61,584 nt of DNA, taken from the IMG/VR virus record IMGVR_UViG_3300025120_013662, positions 1 to 61,584 of that record; one strand, given 5' to 3'. Below the pieces are notes generated by a model, which made no database searches, was not told the DNA's origin, and worked only from the letters and a program-made list of their open reading frames with translations. Source of the stretch: a virus. Its lineage: Duplodnaviria; Caudoviricetes. Positions 41,401 through 49,303 of this stretch are shown here, piece after piece (position 1 is the stretch's first letter; each line of letters begins with the position of its first letter). The position numbers and the translations under genes are program-made.

Positions 41401-43708
41401 CGACTGGTACAATACAACAGTCGTAGTTGACGTAGATGGTTCTGATTCAGCCCACCAACATACTTATGGTGAAGATATCAGGAAATTCTTCTGGTCTGAA
41501 AGAGTAGCCTTTGAGGATCTTCTAAATCCAAAAAAAGTTTTAGAAGATACCGCATATGGCGGGATAGCATCCTCAGATGTAAACTATAATTTACATAGGG
41601 ATTGTACAGGAAGTATTTCTGGAACTATTAATGATGGGCTTTATAAGAAGGCTATATCAAATTTCTTAGCATCTGTGCCCGAGTTTTTCCTAAAGAAGAA
41701 ATCTAATCGATTTGGGAGTGAAGGATACCTTACCAAGTTTGTCTCACGTCTTGGAGCGGGAGCTAATGAAAATAACGTATCTGGAATAGAAAAAAGAACT
41801 GTTACCGTAAATACAAATACTGCGTATGTGATGGAGATAGGGTTACTAAAAACAGAACAGTTCAATCTATACAGTAATCCTTATGCTTTTGGCGTACCAA
41901 CGGCAACAGGGTCTAATGGCTGGGACCATGGTCTTCCGCTGGCAGACCGACCTGTTGGCACAAGTTGGCCCTTGCACCGTGGTGAGTTTGCGCCATTCAC
42001 TCCTCCATATTATTACGGACCAAGTACTGTAACAATTACGTATATGCCAACAACTGCGGATTTAGGCGGACAAACAGTGGGAGAAGTTTCACTGGATGAT
42101 ATCATTGGCGAAGCAGCACAAAGAACATATGTTACATTTGGCAACGAAAGCGGAAGTCTATACGATTTCTCGTCCGGATCCTTTGTAGACGTTTCGGGGA
42201 CTACTGTTTCGACGTCCAAGCAGCCATTCTATGGCTGGAATCGGGCATGGCAAAACAGGATGGACATTGATGCTTCAATAACTATTGATAATAGACATCC
42301 AATAGAAAACTCATATTATTCTCCTAGGGATCCGAACAAGTGGGTGATTATGCCAAAGTGGGAATGCCCAGTATTAGATTTTCCAAAAACTCAAACATTC
42401 ACTAATGGAATTAGAAGCACAGACTATGATTTCTCTTCCTCTATTGGTAGCAGTAAAACAGAGTTTAGTAACGGTCCACGAGAAAATCTTGATGTCAGTA
42501 CTTCTGGAATGTGGCACCAATATGGAACTTTGCCTGATGCAAATCAGGGAATTTATATATACATAAAAGACATTACACCCACTGAAACTGAAACAAAATT
42601 AGTGGGGTTCTCGACCGCTGGCGGTTATGCCACAGTTAAGAAGCTACCTAAATTTGTGATTGATTCAGAGCGTGCAATTTCTTCTTTGGCAACGCTGACA
42701 GGGTTTGATCCAGACGAGGTCATGACCGACGGATTTGAAATCTCTAAAGCAAAACGTGTTGGACAACTTGCCTCTAATCAAGAAAAAAGTATTTCCGAAG
42801 CAGTAATAGCAATGCCATACTATGAAGATCCAGAAACAAATGCTCCAACTGCTATAACGCTCAGAGCAAACCTCACCCGCCTAGGTCCAAAAGTTAAAGA
42901 ATTCCGTAGAGCTTTCACTAAATATTCTTTGCCGCCAGCTTTGTCTAGAAAATTGGTTCCTATGATTCCTAAAAAATATCCTTTAATATCACAGGATATA
43001 AATCCATTTAGTGAAGATGATTATGAAAAAGCTCTTACTTCTGGTGATGATACAACGGTTCCTGTGATATATTTGTTTGAGCATAGTATAAATTTATCAA
43101 CACAAGATTTAGCAGATATATGGCAAGGCATCTTGCCTGACATTGGACACTCTCTAAAAACAAGTGTAACTTCAATAGACCATTATATGCCGAGGTCATC
43201 AGCAAGGAATAGAAGAAGGAATACAGAAAATAAATTTCCTGAAATCTTATCAAAGCAGATAGAGCTTGATCTTCCTGATGGACAAAGAACCGGGATACCA
43301 AGGCCTGATTTGTTAGATATATCTCCCTCCTTTGAAAAAGATGGATTTCATCCAGAGATTAAGTGGCTAGTGTTCAAGGTGAAGCAAAAAGGTATTGGTA
43401 GTTATAAAGAATTTATGCAAAAAGAAATCGAGGGCTATGCTGGAGATACTTATGAAAAAGTATTTGGACGAGTATCAAGAGAAGGTATGACTCCGGCAGA
43501 AGAGCAAGCACAAAATCAAATTGAGGATGCTTGGGCTGCACAAACGTATAAAAATACTTTTGGAATAACTGACGAAAATGGTGGACCAACATATAACTGG
43601 CCATATGATTATTTCTCTCTAATAGAGAGCGCAAAAATTACATCAAAGGTTGGATTTAGACCAGACCTTGATCAAGAATTTAGAGATTATGAAGATGGTG
43701 AGGAGTAA
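32441..43708 (+). CDS. Giant tail/baseplate protein (3755 aa) with LamG/ConA-like domains and four inserted repeat modules
   Basis: NFVKYGSAEKYY; LamG-like TVEFFLR...DGQWRNYSF...FYVNGQ...GSIDEFRFW...LYYKFNEG; YKSKGT..AIR..IRCYG (baseplate-I-like). Confidence 0.7.
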   Translation: MTKSKLFQNSKQATTVGKYLKSTSAGNVGEGIESSAHLSESIKRIQTFLPDTNYSDPENFVKYGSAEKYYRDSFDYITNYYPYDGSALEKVKFYNDLNPLEKYIFEEKYPTATGFISIGSDYGTPVSHSSGYFAPQDSTYNQYLQAKGGPYSGTIYSTSDYRVNNLGFCGPSGSTVEFFLRKNNTGDGYPAGSVSGKEVVVDIWNGVTSSAPSFGRMTILCKSGSQDRFYVTLQSGTHGAGVAGVQELPVPTTGGLNIADGQWRNYSFAFANSGSNTMLDFYVNGQCVGPQININSLIGEVTGALVANIGSLRGDVYGPNNKNRGALEGYGKLTGSIDEFRFWKKSRSGEEIGRHWFTGVHGGADKHLANVDLGLYYKFNEGITLTSSIDQIALDYSGRVSNGSIIGYDAQVRNTGSSINELSLSSIREVEDPIVRSSNIKVLEDKNILVTSGSNYDYTNNSRIINSIPSWIVEEDENNGGELSSLSQIVSSYFDTLFGQITALRRIKDKQYVSGSISGSINEFPHNERLIQGMGLEAPEIFENIGALELYSQRDEQINFDQPISNIKNSIYKNLYNNLNEIYKSKGTAEAIRNYIRCYGVGEDIISLNAYGNNVEYFLQSNYKAGTTPKKYADFSGRRRRSDVTASIYQYYDSNVQGSHGIIAGTHASASAFTIEYEALFPDNSVIDNLEHDPVEVVTASLFGFHTPRGAFSASVSEVDDLTWHSMGGPIKDDGLQVYAIKSPAEFAEVSNPAHKVRDVYFAVKNRAGTTLLTSDIYRNVYSDQKWNLALSVRNELYPFAQEVSGTTIGSAAAKKNHKFILELYGSNYDGGTKRESFKTTTTLQWPSGSAEITSSKRLYMGAHRTNYTGTVLENSDVHGTSLRYWTDYLPTGTVDLHARDADSYGRLNPYRQAYSFQTPNRPAAYIPEISTLALNWDFANVTGSDASGRFLVSDFSSGSFAPEIAATALITITGAGDLVDGQKFTIRDTAGRDHTFAIEDANDNTANNLIGVDTAQGDDDDGAAAVQFAAAINAGTCATTITAVRAGATVILTQDVVGARGNRSNDDAAAGVTVGDFTGGKDSYESSYQGILSDINLRQHTGRGDFFAPNDTPIRKQYVYTEKLQLPEYVTDDDMIRILDKDVDTFTLESRPMNYFFALEKSVYQSVSKRMLQMFASIDEFNNLIGEPVNKYRGRYKSLEKLRELFFRNVSSDRVDLQKYVAFYKWIDSSMGRMIEEMFPASARVADNVRTVIESHALERSKISYKYPGSSKRYFPILSGTAKSNGGSVCIDTPGWKFNHAPVNRKQSTNAYWWKYRAPRNSIPTPETNVSWITDGRQTVFNALRREVSGSQLVCVSSDILMGNKEYFNKVNNITDFTFGEFKPLPDIVDAIEPNTKKEFPFFASLIKSTDGDAGTFSGKMIAPFRAISSSIETGIFGNIGGTIKNVDFVNLHNDEVYNKDIGTPMQGPYTNEHVGGIQARHNRPLRLNNITTKRKESFNLLVAPATGAFTTIEVTDDGSFSIDDYHGKTITLSAGGVDYSATVSKTTAAASTSKTVIGISGSSNKGLVAQSLMGSLLASINADGLPVTVEFTDSGATASKIKVTSLALDNSMDAIAFAGTWPSTDALMEPNPPTFTFLANGTADVFRNLAGSLKTSAVGFEDISHGQYFRGGGVKSPVNISNIASITGSTGIDVSSGAGVKTLGNFSNKYEVVHGFGREFANMDFVFNNSSYYSSGIPSAFLTTPSMRTVSTQTGSADYDAPRQRSARITNKTIIATRFAAPGSKLDSKQQFRDVASDQMSPNNALPFRNLGVRKPYLGALNSHTRWGGFSGSSPFVLDTFRADDSHGFFGRQEPLKELNDGLDLFGFAACSITFSNAQFANGNTLTLNVAGHTYSAAVNTSVNPGSSTVTVIGLNGVSSGGGGANDAAIATALATSLSQWVSQLVGGAQRPFVPILASNVVRVLRKDMGGSEDGKVFEGALTGKTGVSVAGFAAVDPTTLAASAYQKASAMPHHKTQRNAVERIRLGLAPSFPPQFPPESSRLISGSTFDTGLITRPIPQADRSSWFQSLSGSDYNNYQSYVISSSRYPSSITIPSASLTTPGAHALGAIIVVGNTSSDWDGKTIDIEDALSKATRFTADDSVAYGAFSRTAGNPVVYTYGVDADGGVENKAFVAGSLLLAMEAANAANDMAITVSIDQSGANPIIGLRQTYRGTAGNNTIEGTAFEGGGSLAGASGFANGSNDVPILAELGQAPFSGTTFQNPRSGGDPVYVGRYLTSFFSASYSVLTGSGGQREFPWSRQIGFVPWQQLRAGNTNLGRYYRQNNLYEISPARYAPTFLANGQEQMNTTPQTQLGVPFRAHYDRLNNDPANFPATAGIYYKDQRAVKKRVLKSFIEPPVTSKYKPLLHQISTFRGIADANIATSDKKSDVSLLYSYGNTLMGFANKDLNIEIGSQKNKNHLLGSIRRPYEILRDNYIENVMSGTDGVNIIKMFVYSETIYPKDRYGYLSGTRSRRAFKNRFWRDDISFDENLKTSGIGGTTAVNSAGLFSTIAISRFNRQMKRMEVGVLPTPNSSSQGAVYMSSQQIWGETTGSSALEALYGSASIWPMDSYLYSDAVAANEFTSTGSYPVGIVGNLAAGELMTPWHGRPIQDTASDAAYKLYAESQFIGAQYIYTVPWIDGSPSNTRSFLGYAPGAAITRPPWTAGRERRFVDGPTKGQLNEGRAPFYDTYETWADDVRAQGQGHTIIPEFRISEHVEAYSTGSADQEVRRVLELTGASLGVSTGEQSTFIDRYSQTDKLEFLDTFIKNGSKDLSFNKYPKHLELKTDAIVKLLPYDGFYPVLRTVQIATMFSQSYTKTKPHYQTGENDVWVVGYSGASGSIFKPDSFRPLLRPFFAPGILYNSIKSGLAVDYPIRRGGLGTRGDDGQFHRISNYLTNTNSAGFQALQGPLSGALWTSGTADSSRYVGQIPGNTRRRSNGQFDWYNTTVVVDVDGSDSAHQHTYGEDIRKFFWSERVAFEDLLNPKKVLEDTAYGGIASSDVNYNLHRDCTGSISGTINDGLYKKAISNFLASVPEFFLKKKSNRFGSEGYLTKFVSRLGAGANENNVSGIEKRTVTVNTNTAYVMEIGLLKTEQFNLYSNPYAFGVPTATGSNGWDHGLPLADRPVGTSWPLHRGEFAPFTPPYYYGPSTVTITYMPTTADLGGQTVGEVSLDDIIGEAAQRTYVTFGNESGSLYDFSSGSFVDVSGTTVSTSKQPFYGWNRAWQNRMDIDASITIDNRHPIENSYYSPRDPNKWVIMPKWECPVLDFPKTQTFTNGIRSTDYDFSSSIGSSKTEFSNGPRENLDVSTSGMWHQYGTLPDANQGIYIYIKDITPTETETKLVGFSTAGGYATVKKLPKFVIDSERAISSLATLTGFDPDEVMTDGFEISKAKRVGQLASNQEKSISEAVIAMPYYEDPETNAPTAITLRANLTRLGPKVKEFRRAFTKYSLPPALSRKLVPMIPKKYPLISQDINPFSEDDYEKALTSGDDTTVPVIYLFEHSINLSTQDLADIWQGILPDIGHSLKTSVTSIDHYMPRSSARNRRRNTENKFPEILSKQIELDLPDGQRTGIPRPDLLDISPSFEKDGFHPEIKWLVFKVKQKGIGSYKEFMQKEIEGYAGDTYEKVFGRVSREGMTPAEEQAQNQIEDAWAAQTYKNTFGITDENGGPTYNWPYDYFSLIESAKITSKVGFRPDLDQEFRDYEDGEE

Positions 43709-43715
43709 TTAAGAT

Positions 43716-44588
43716 ATGTCCCGTTTTTTTAATCAAAAAGAGGAAGTTATTCAAATTGAACTTACTTCTTACGGAAAGAGTAAGCTTGCGAACGGCGAGT
43801 TCAATCCAGCCTTTTATGCTTTTTATGATGATGGCGTCGTATATGATGGGATGTTTGCTGGTATAGTTGAAACACAAAACGATGTTGTGGATAGAATCGT
43901 AGAAACCCCTCGCTTAACGCCTCAGACAAGGTTTACTTCCTCAGCGGGACAAAACAGTACCATAGGATTAGAGGTGCAAGAATACGATTCTTTAACAACT
44001 GCTAATTCAAAATTCTTTAAAGTTCTTGGGGATTCTGCCCCTTGGGCCTCAAATATTCCTGCTTGGCAAATATACAATCTCTCTGGTAGTAACGGGTTTT
44101 CTGGCAGCGTACAATATAAGAGTGAAATGTCTATACCAAAATTCTCTTCTAATCTGGAGATAAACTATACAGTATCACTGGGCGATAACGAGGAAGAAAT
44201 TTCAACGTTAGTGGGAAATGATAAAATATTATTGGATATTAAAGAGTTAAATACAGTATTTAAAAATAATGAAAACTTTGAAATCGAAGTGTTTAAAGTA
44301 GAGGATAGTGGTAACGGTCGCCTAATACCTTTGAAATTCCTGAATGAAGCGACAGAAAACGCAACTTATCTTGCTCTACAAAGAGACCCTTTTATATTTA
44401 AAAATGGATTAGCTCCCAACGAAGAGGAAATAAATTTAGAATACCCAACTTTAGATAGTTCATATGTAGATTACTATTTAACAATAAGGGTTGACGATGA
44501 AATTGAAGATATACCTAGAATTTCAAAAACTTCTTTGTACGCTGGTAAAGAAGATAGCCTTCCAAACGCTATTTGTGAAGACGAATAG
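43716..44588 (+). CDS. Putative baseplate/tail structural protein
   Basis: N-terminal LTSYGKSKLANGEFNPAFYAFYDDGVVY, similar to the N-terminus of the 52099 protein. Confidence 0.55.
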   Translation: MSRFFNQKEEVIQIELTSYGKSKLANGEFNPAFYAFYDDGVVYDGMFAGIVETQNDVVDRIVETPRLTPQTRFTSSAGQNSTIGLEVQEYDSLTTANSKFFKVLGDSAPWASNIPAWQIYNLSGSNGFSGSVQYKSEMSIPKFSSNLEINYTVSLGDNEEEISTLVGNDKILLDIKELNTVFKNNENFEIEVFKVEDSGNGRLIPLKFLNEATENATYLALQRDPFIFKNGLAPNEEEINLEYPTLDSSYVDYYLTIRVDDEIEDIPRISKTSLYAGKEDSLPNAICEDE

Positions 44589-44608
44589 AACAACAAGAGG
44601 AAAACTGA

Positions 44609-47600
44609 ATGCCAAATAGAAGCTCATGTCGAATTGAAAATATTATGCCAAGTGTTACGATTGATTCGGTAACCCTTGAGAATACTATAGAAGACGATAA
44701 TGAGGTCGTATCCATCATTGTGGAGGCAAAAACTCAAGAAAAGATATCTGGTAGAGAAGCTCAGAGATGGTATTCAGATATAGATTTTTCCAGATTTGTC
44801 AGAGTAAGAATTGTTGCTTGTCTGGACGCTACGCAGGCACCTTCATTGGACTATTTACAGCAAAGATTCAATGAATACATTGATTTGTCCGAGGCTGGGA
44901 TTGCTGATCTTAACGCACAAGATTTTGTAAAATCTCAATACAATAAAATGGGTCCAATAAATGGAGACGATTTTAGCCGACTAGCTAGATCTCCCGAGGG
45001 TCCTATTGTACAAATACCCTTGAATCAAGATTTAATAGCCGAAGCTGCCAGTGATCAAGATGGAAATCTAGTACCAGAAGATGGAATTTTAAGACCATAC
45101 TATGTTCAGTCTCCACAAGAAAGGTTTTCAAATAGCCGAACTTTGGCACTACCTCAGGAAAATAATTTATCCGGAATAATTCTTTTTGATGATTCTCTTA
45201 AGGATTTGTTATTACTTGATGCTGAGGGCGAAGTGCCGGCAAGAGAAGTGCAGCAGATTGCAAGAAACATTGTCAATCAAGAAGAGACTTTTCTATATGA
45301 TGAGGTACCCTTACAAACAATAAAACTTTCAGTTGGCCCCGGCACTATTTATCCGGATGGTCAATTATCTCATTTAAGTTTATATGCTTTTTCATATATT
45401 GATTACGGACTTTTCGTAGAACAGGTAGGAGTAGAAGAAGAAAATGAGAACATGCAGTTTAGGTATATTCTAAACTCTTTAAATTCTGGTATGGGAAAGG
45501 TTAATAACTCAACCGTCATCGGAAAGCAGACCTCATATGATCCTATAGAAATTAGAACAACAGAATCAACAGAAGGATTAGTTGAATATGTTTCAACCAA
45601 TCAATCTATTGGTAACATTTCTGACCGCATTGGCGAGACGACAACCTTACAATTAAATTCCCCACAACAGAATCTGTTGTTTGACCTCAGAAGAACAAAT
45701 TTTCCAAAATTTGATAGATTTAAAACAAAATTTTATGATTCTTTTTACGGTTCTTTGGATAATTCCTTGTTGGGAAAAAGTAACTTAAAGATAATACATA
45801 ACGATAATTTCTTCTCTGACTTTTGGTTCTCAAAAGATGATGATGATAATATTCGGTATACTTACGCATTTAATATTTTATCATTCTTAGCACAAAATAG
45901 TAAATTCCCAAGATTATATACAAATAGAGAAACTTCTGAAGAGTTACTCGGCGGCGGTGACATTATTCAATTTAATGAAGTTGTTGACGAGCGAGCTAGG
46001 GTTTTAAATATAGAAGCAAAAAAGCGTCTAGTAGATTTTAATGCTTTTACAAATGATAACGATCTTGGCACAGTTGTCCGTCAAAAGAGAAAAACCTTAG
46101 AAGCTCACTTAACAGAAAAAATTATACAATCTCCTAAAATTCTTCCGAATATAAGACTTCCGGGACAAGGGCAAGACCCAATATCAGCTTTCCGAGGTAG
46201 CGGGATAACTTTTTATGAGGGGTATGATTCTCTAGAGAGTGAACATCTTTTGCAAAATGTATCCAAATACCAGTATGGGTTTAAGTGTTATGTATCAGAC
46301 CCAGCCCAGCTTTATATAGAAAGAAGCTTGCAAAGACTAATTGGAGCAGAAGGTTTAGTAAATGAATACTACAATACTGTTATAAATTCTTTGAATCTTT
46401 ATGACCCAGCCACAGGAAAAATAACAAAAGACCCTAGCGAAATAACTATTGATAATATTCCAGCCAATGATTTATTAGCGGAGCAAGTTCGAATCTTTGT
46501 TTCTTACTTGAGAAAATATAGAGTACCAATTAAAAAATCAGAGTTTAAGGGAACAGAGATAGGAAATGTTTCTATACGTGACTATCGTTCTGTTGAGTCC
46601 GTTCTTTTATCTTTAGTAAATTCTCCCTTTCCCGGTGCAGTTAAGCAAGTAGCAGATACTATTGGTATGCTGGTATCTGATTTGGCTTCAATAGTCGGAA
46701 CCCTTAATCCAAAAGGTGCAACATACGAAGCATCTGGTGAAAAATTTACCTTAGAAAATTCGACTACTCCTGTCGCTATTCGAGAGGCAGAAAATTATTT
46801 TGATGAGACAGTAGAAGCCGGTGTCACAAAAGGACTTGGATACGACTATTTTGGTGATTTCAAAAGAGACCTATTAACAACAGAGATAGAGCAAAACCAA
46901 GGGCAAGATATTCGAGGTAGAATTCTTAGAGAAGTTGGAGAACCAGTAGGTCCAACTAGAATACCTGTCGAAATATATCGCACAAGGGTCGGTCGTGAAT
47001 TTAATAAGTATTTTTGCCGAGCTATAGAAGCTGCCCAGCCAGAAGATAATGGTCCTATAGTGTATGAGCAGATGGAATATCAAGATCCTGCTTATAGGTA
47101 TTTATCTCCTGTGTTTATCCGCCGCCCCGGAAAAGAAAGAATAGATCAGTTAAGCTATTTCCCTATAACAAACGATGTAAATGCTCCTTACAATTTTGAT
47201 GAATATGCAGATTTTTTTGCAGATATTATAAAATCAAAACGTTCTATGAAGTATGCAGAAAAACCTTATTACGAGTTAGTGACTGACAATACAATTGATT
47301 CTCTACAAATAAAAACAGCTAATTCTCTCATAGAAACATTAAGTATAGATCACGGCTGTACAGTGTTGGAACAAATAGATCAACAATTTACAGTGCCCAG
47401 CCCTACAACTATTTCACCGGCTACGACAGTTACGTTTAGTACACAAGAGCTTTTACCGAGTATCTTAGGTGGCAATAATCTTGGAATCGCTGCTTCTGAG
47501 TTTAGTGCGCAGTCAATACAAGATGCTTTGGACGAGCAACGTTTGTCTGACGAGTCACAAAACCCTGCAAGACTATCAGAAGCTCTTGGTCCTGCTACAA

Positions 47601-49303
47601 AGTTATTATTTACTTTAGTCGGAGAGCTTGAGATTCAGCCAACTCCAGATAGTATTTCTTATTATGAAGAAAATTTTAATTCATCAACTCGCATGAAACA
47701 AATTTTCGAAGCCGACCACCGGAATGTCAAGCAGCTAATTGAGACACCTCAACTTGGCTTTATCCCGAACCAACTCAAGTCTATGTTAGTTTGGTCCACA
47801 TCTATTCCAGAACAGGCACTTGGGGAGGTCGGTCCAAAATTTGATGCAAGAAGAGTTCTCTTGCGACAGCAAGATATGCTTGTACCTTCAGATGGTTCAC
47901 CTTTTGACCCATCAATTTACTCTACATATTATGACCCTGCTGGTGATAATCCTCATTTCTTGATGACAAGAGACCCAATGAAGATATACTCTAAATTCTT
48001 AGCTTTTTGGATGAATTATAAACAATTAGGTATTGTTGAATATTTGTCACATTTTGATAGTGTGTCCCCAACATTCAGGATTGATGGTGATGATGATTTA
48101 GTTAGAGGCAGCAAGCTGGGCCGACCAGTTTGGATGAAGATGACGGCAGACATTGCCGATCAGTTATCAAGTGGTCAACTCGGCATTGGAAATGTTCTTT
48201 GTCGCATTCGAACGGCGTCTAACGAAGATGTTCTTGCCGATGGGTCATTGACTGATAGAGTTAATGAGGAAACAAGAAACCGGGGCGAAGGACAGGGCGA
48301 ACGTGATAATAACCAAGCATTTGACCCATTCCCAGTTGATGAGCTACCTGCAATTGATTTTGATTTTCAAGCCTTCAGAACTCCCCTTATTTTAAGACCT
48401 AGAGATATTCCCAGTCTCGCCCCGCCAGTTAATTTTCAACCTCCGGGATTTCCAAGGCCCTCAATTCTTAGTCCTGTTGCTCCAGTACAGCTAAACCAAC
48501 CCGGATTAGCTACTCCCAACTTAGTATCACCTAGGTTGGCTACTCCTAACTTAGTATCACCTAGGTTGGCTACTCCTAACTTAGTATCACCTTTATTAGC
48601 CACTCCTAGTCTTGCATCTCCAGTAACAAGAACGCAAAATACTCGCCAACGGACAGCACAGGCTCAACGACAGTCACCACAGGTTCAACAAAATAATGGG
48701 CAAGGTTCACAATTTTCAGTGGCTTTACCTAGAAGACAGCAATTTAGTTTTGCCGGCGGTGGCGCAAGAAACGTATCAGTATCCCGAGGAGTCTCACCCC
48801 GAGGTAGACTTTATCAAGCGGCTCCTAATTCAAGAAACACGAGAGAACAAGACAGAGAAGTAGACCAAGAGCAGGTAGATCAGGATATACAAAATTATGG
48901 ACTGCACGGTGCTGATCAATCAGAAAACTCTCAAACAATTTCAGATGATTTGGTTAGAAGTTTAGTTGAGAACAACTTTGAGTTTTTATCTAGAAAAGAA
49001 ATATTCAATTTACCTATATACCATGAATATTTTTATATGAGTTTTGGGTATTCTATACCGGACCCGGACAGAAGAACTGAATTACTCGGAGAAAGAGAGA
49101 TACCTCAGATGCGAATACCGGCAGAAGAGGTCAGATTAGAGGCCCCAGATGGTCTTCCAAATGTTTCTCGACAGGAAGCTGACAGAGTGCAACGAGAGGC
49201 ACAAGCTCAAGCTGGCTCTCCACCTGAGAGAAGGGTTCGACAAGATGCACAAGCACAGGGCTCTAGACGTAATATTAATACACGAGGCATCGGCAGATTA
49301 TGA
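44609..49303 (+). CDS. Large hypothetical structural protein (1564 aa) with Pro/Gln/Arg-rich low-complexity C-terminal region
   Basis: Long ORF with GAGG RBS. Contains the LATPNLVSPR tandem repeat. Confidence 0.6.
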   Translation: MPNRSSCRIENIMPSVTIDSVTLENTIEDDNEVVSIIVEAKTQEKISGREAQRWYSDIDFSRFVRVRIVACLDATQAPSLDYLQQRFNEYIDLSEAGIADLNAQDFVKSQYNKMGPINGDDFSRLARSPEGPIVQIPLNQDLIAEAASDQDGNLVPEDGILRPYYVQSPQERFSNSRTLALPQENNLSGIILFDDSLKDLLLLDAEGEVPAREVQQIARNIVNQEETFLYDEVPLQTIKLSVGPGTIYPDGQLSHLSLYAFSYIDYGLFVEQVGVEEENENMQFRYILNSLNSGMGKVNNSTVIGKQTSYDPIEIRTTESTEGLVEYVSTNQSIGNISDRIGETTTLQLNSPQQNLLFDLRRTNFPKFDRFKTKFYDSFYGSLDNSLLGKSNLKIIHNDNFFSDFWFSKDDDDNIRYTYAFNILSFLAQNSKFPRLYTNRETSEELLGGGDIIQFNEVVDERARVLNIEAKKRLVDFNAFTNDNDLGTVVRQKRKTLEAHLTEKIIQSPKILPNIRLPGQGQDPISAFRGSGITFYEGYDSLESEHLLQNVSKYQYGFKCYVSDPAQLYIERSLQRLIGAEGLVNEYYNTVINSLNLYDPATGKITKDPSEITIDNIPANDLLAEQVRIFVSYLRKYRVPIKKSEFKGTEIGNVSIRDYRSVESVLLSLVNSPFPGAVKQVADTIGMLVSDLASIVGTLNPKGATYEASGEKFTLENSTTPVAIREAENYFDETVEAGVTKGLGYDYFGDFKRDLLTTEIEQNQGQDIRGRILREVGEPVGPTRIPVEIYRTRVGREFNKYFCRAIEAAQPEDNGPIVYEQMEYQDPAYRYLSPVFIRRPGKERIDQLSYFPITNDVNAPYNFDEYADFFADIIKSKRSMKYAEKPYYELVTDNTIDSLQIKTANSLIETLSIDHGCTVLEQIDQQFTVPSPTTISPATTVTFSTQELLPSILGGNNLGIAASEFSAQSIQDALDEQRLSDESQNPARLSEALGPATKLLFTLVGELEIQPTPDSISYYEENFNSSTRMKQIFEADHRNVKQLIETPQLGFIPNQLKSMLVWSTSIPEQALGEVGPKFDARRVLLRQQDMLVPSDGSPFDPSIYSTYYDPAGDNPHFLMTRDPMKIYSKFLAFWMNYKQLGIVEYLSHFDSVSPTFRIDGDDDLVRGSKLGRPVWMKMTADIADQLSSGQLGIGNVLCRIRTASNEDVLADGSLTDRVNEETRNRGEGQGERDNNQAFDPFPVDELPAIDFDFQAFRTPLILRPRDIPSLAPPVNFQPPGFPRPSILSPVAPVQLNQPGLATPNLVSPRLATPNLVSPRLATPNLVSPLLATPSLASPVTRTQNTRQRTAQAQRQSPQVQQNNGQGSQFSVALPRRQQFSFAGGGARNVSVSRGVSPRGRLYQAAPNSRNTREQDREVDQEQVDQDIQNYGLHGADQSENSQTISDDLVRSLVENNFEFLSRKEIFNLPIYHEYFYMSFGYSIPDPDRRTELLGEREIPQMRIPAEEVRLEAPDGLPNVSRQEADRVQREAQAQAGSPPERRVRQDAQAQGSRRNINTRGIGRL
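48506..48623 (+). repeat. 30-bp in-frame tandem repeat (3 near-perfect copies plus 1 degenerate copy)
   Basis: Unit TTRGCTACTCCYAACTTAGTATCACCTAGG encodes LATPNLVSPR. Confidence 0.92.

Noticed and set aside
48506-48623. 30-bp direct repeats as a CRISPR array
   Set aside because: The repeats are contiguous with no spacers, in frame inside a long CDS, and there is no cas operon.
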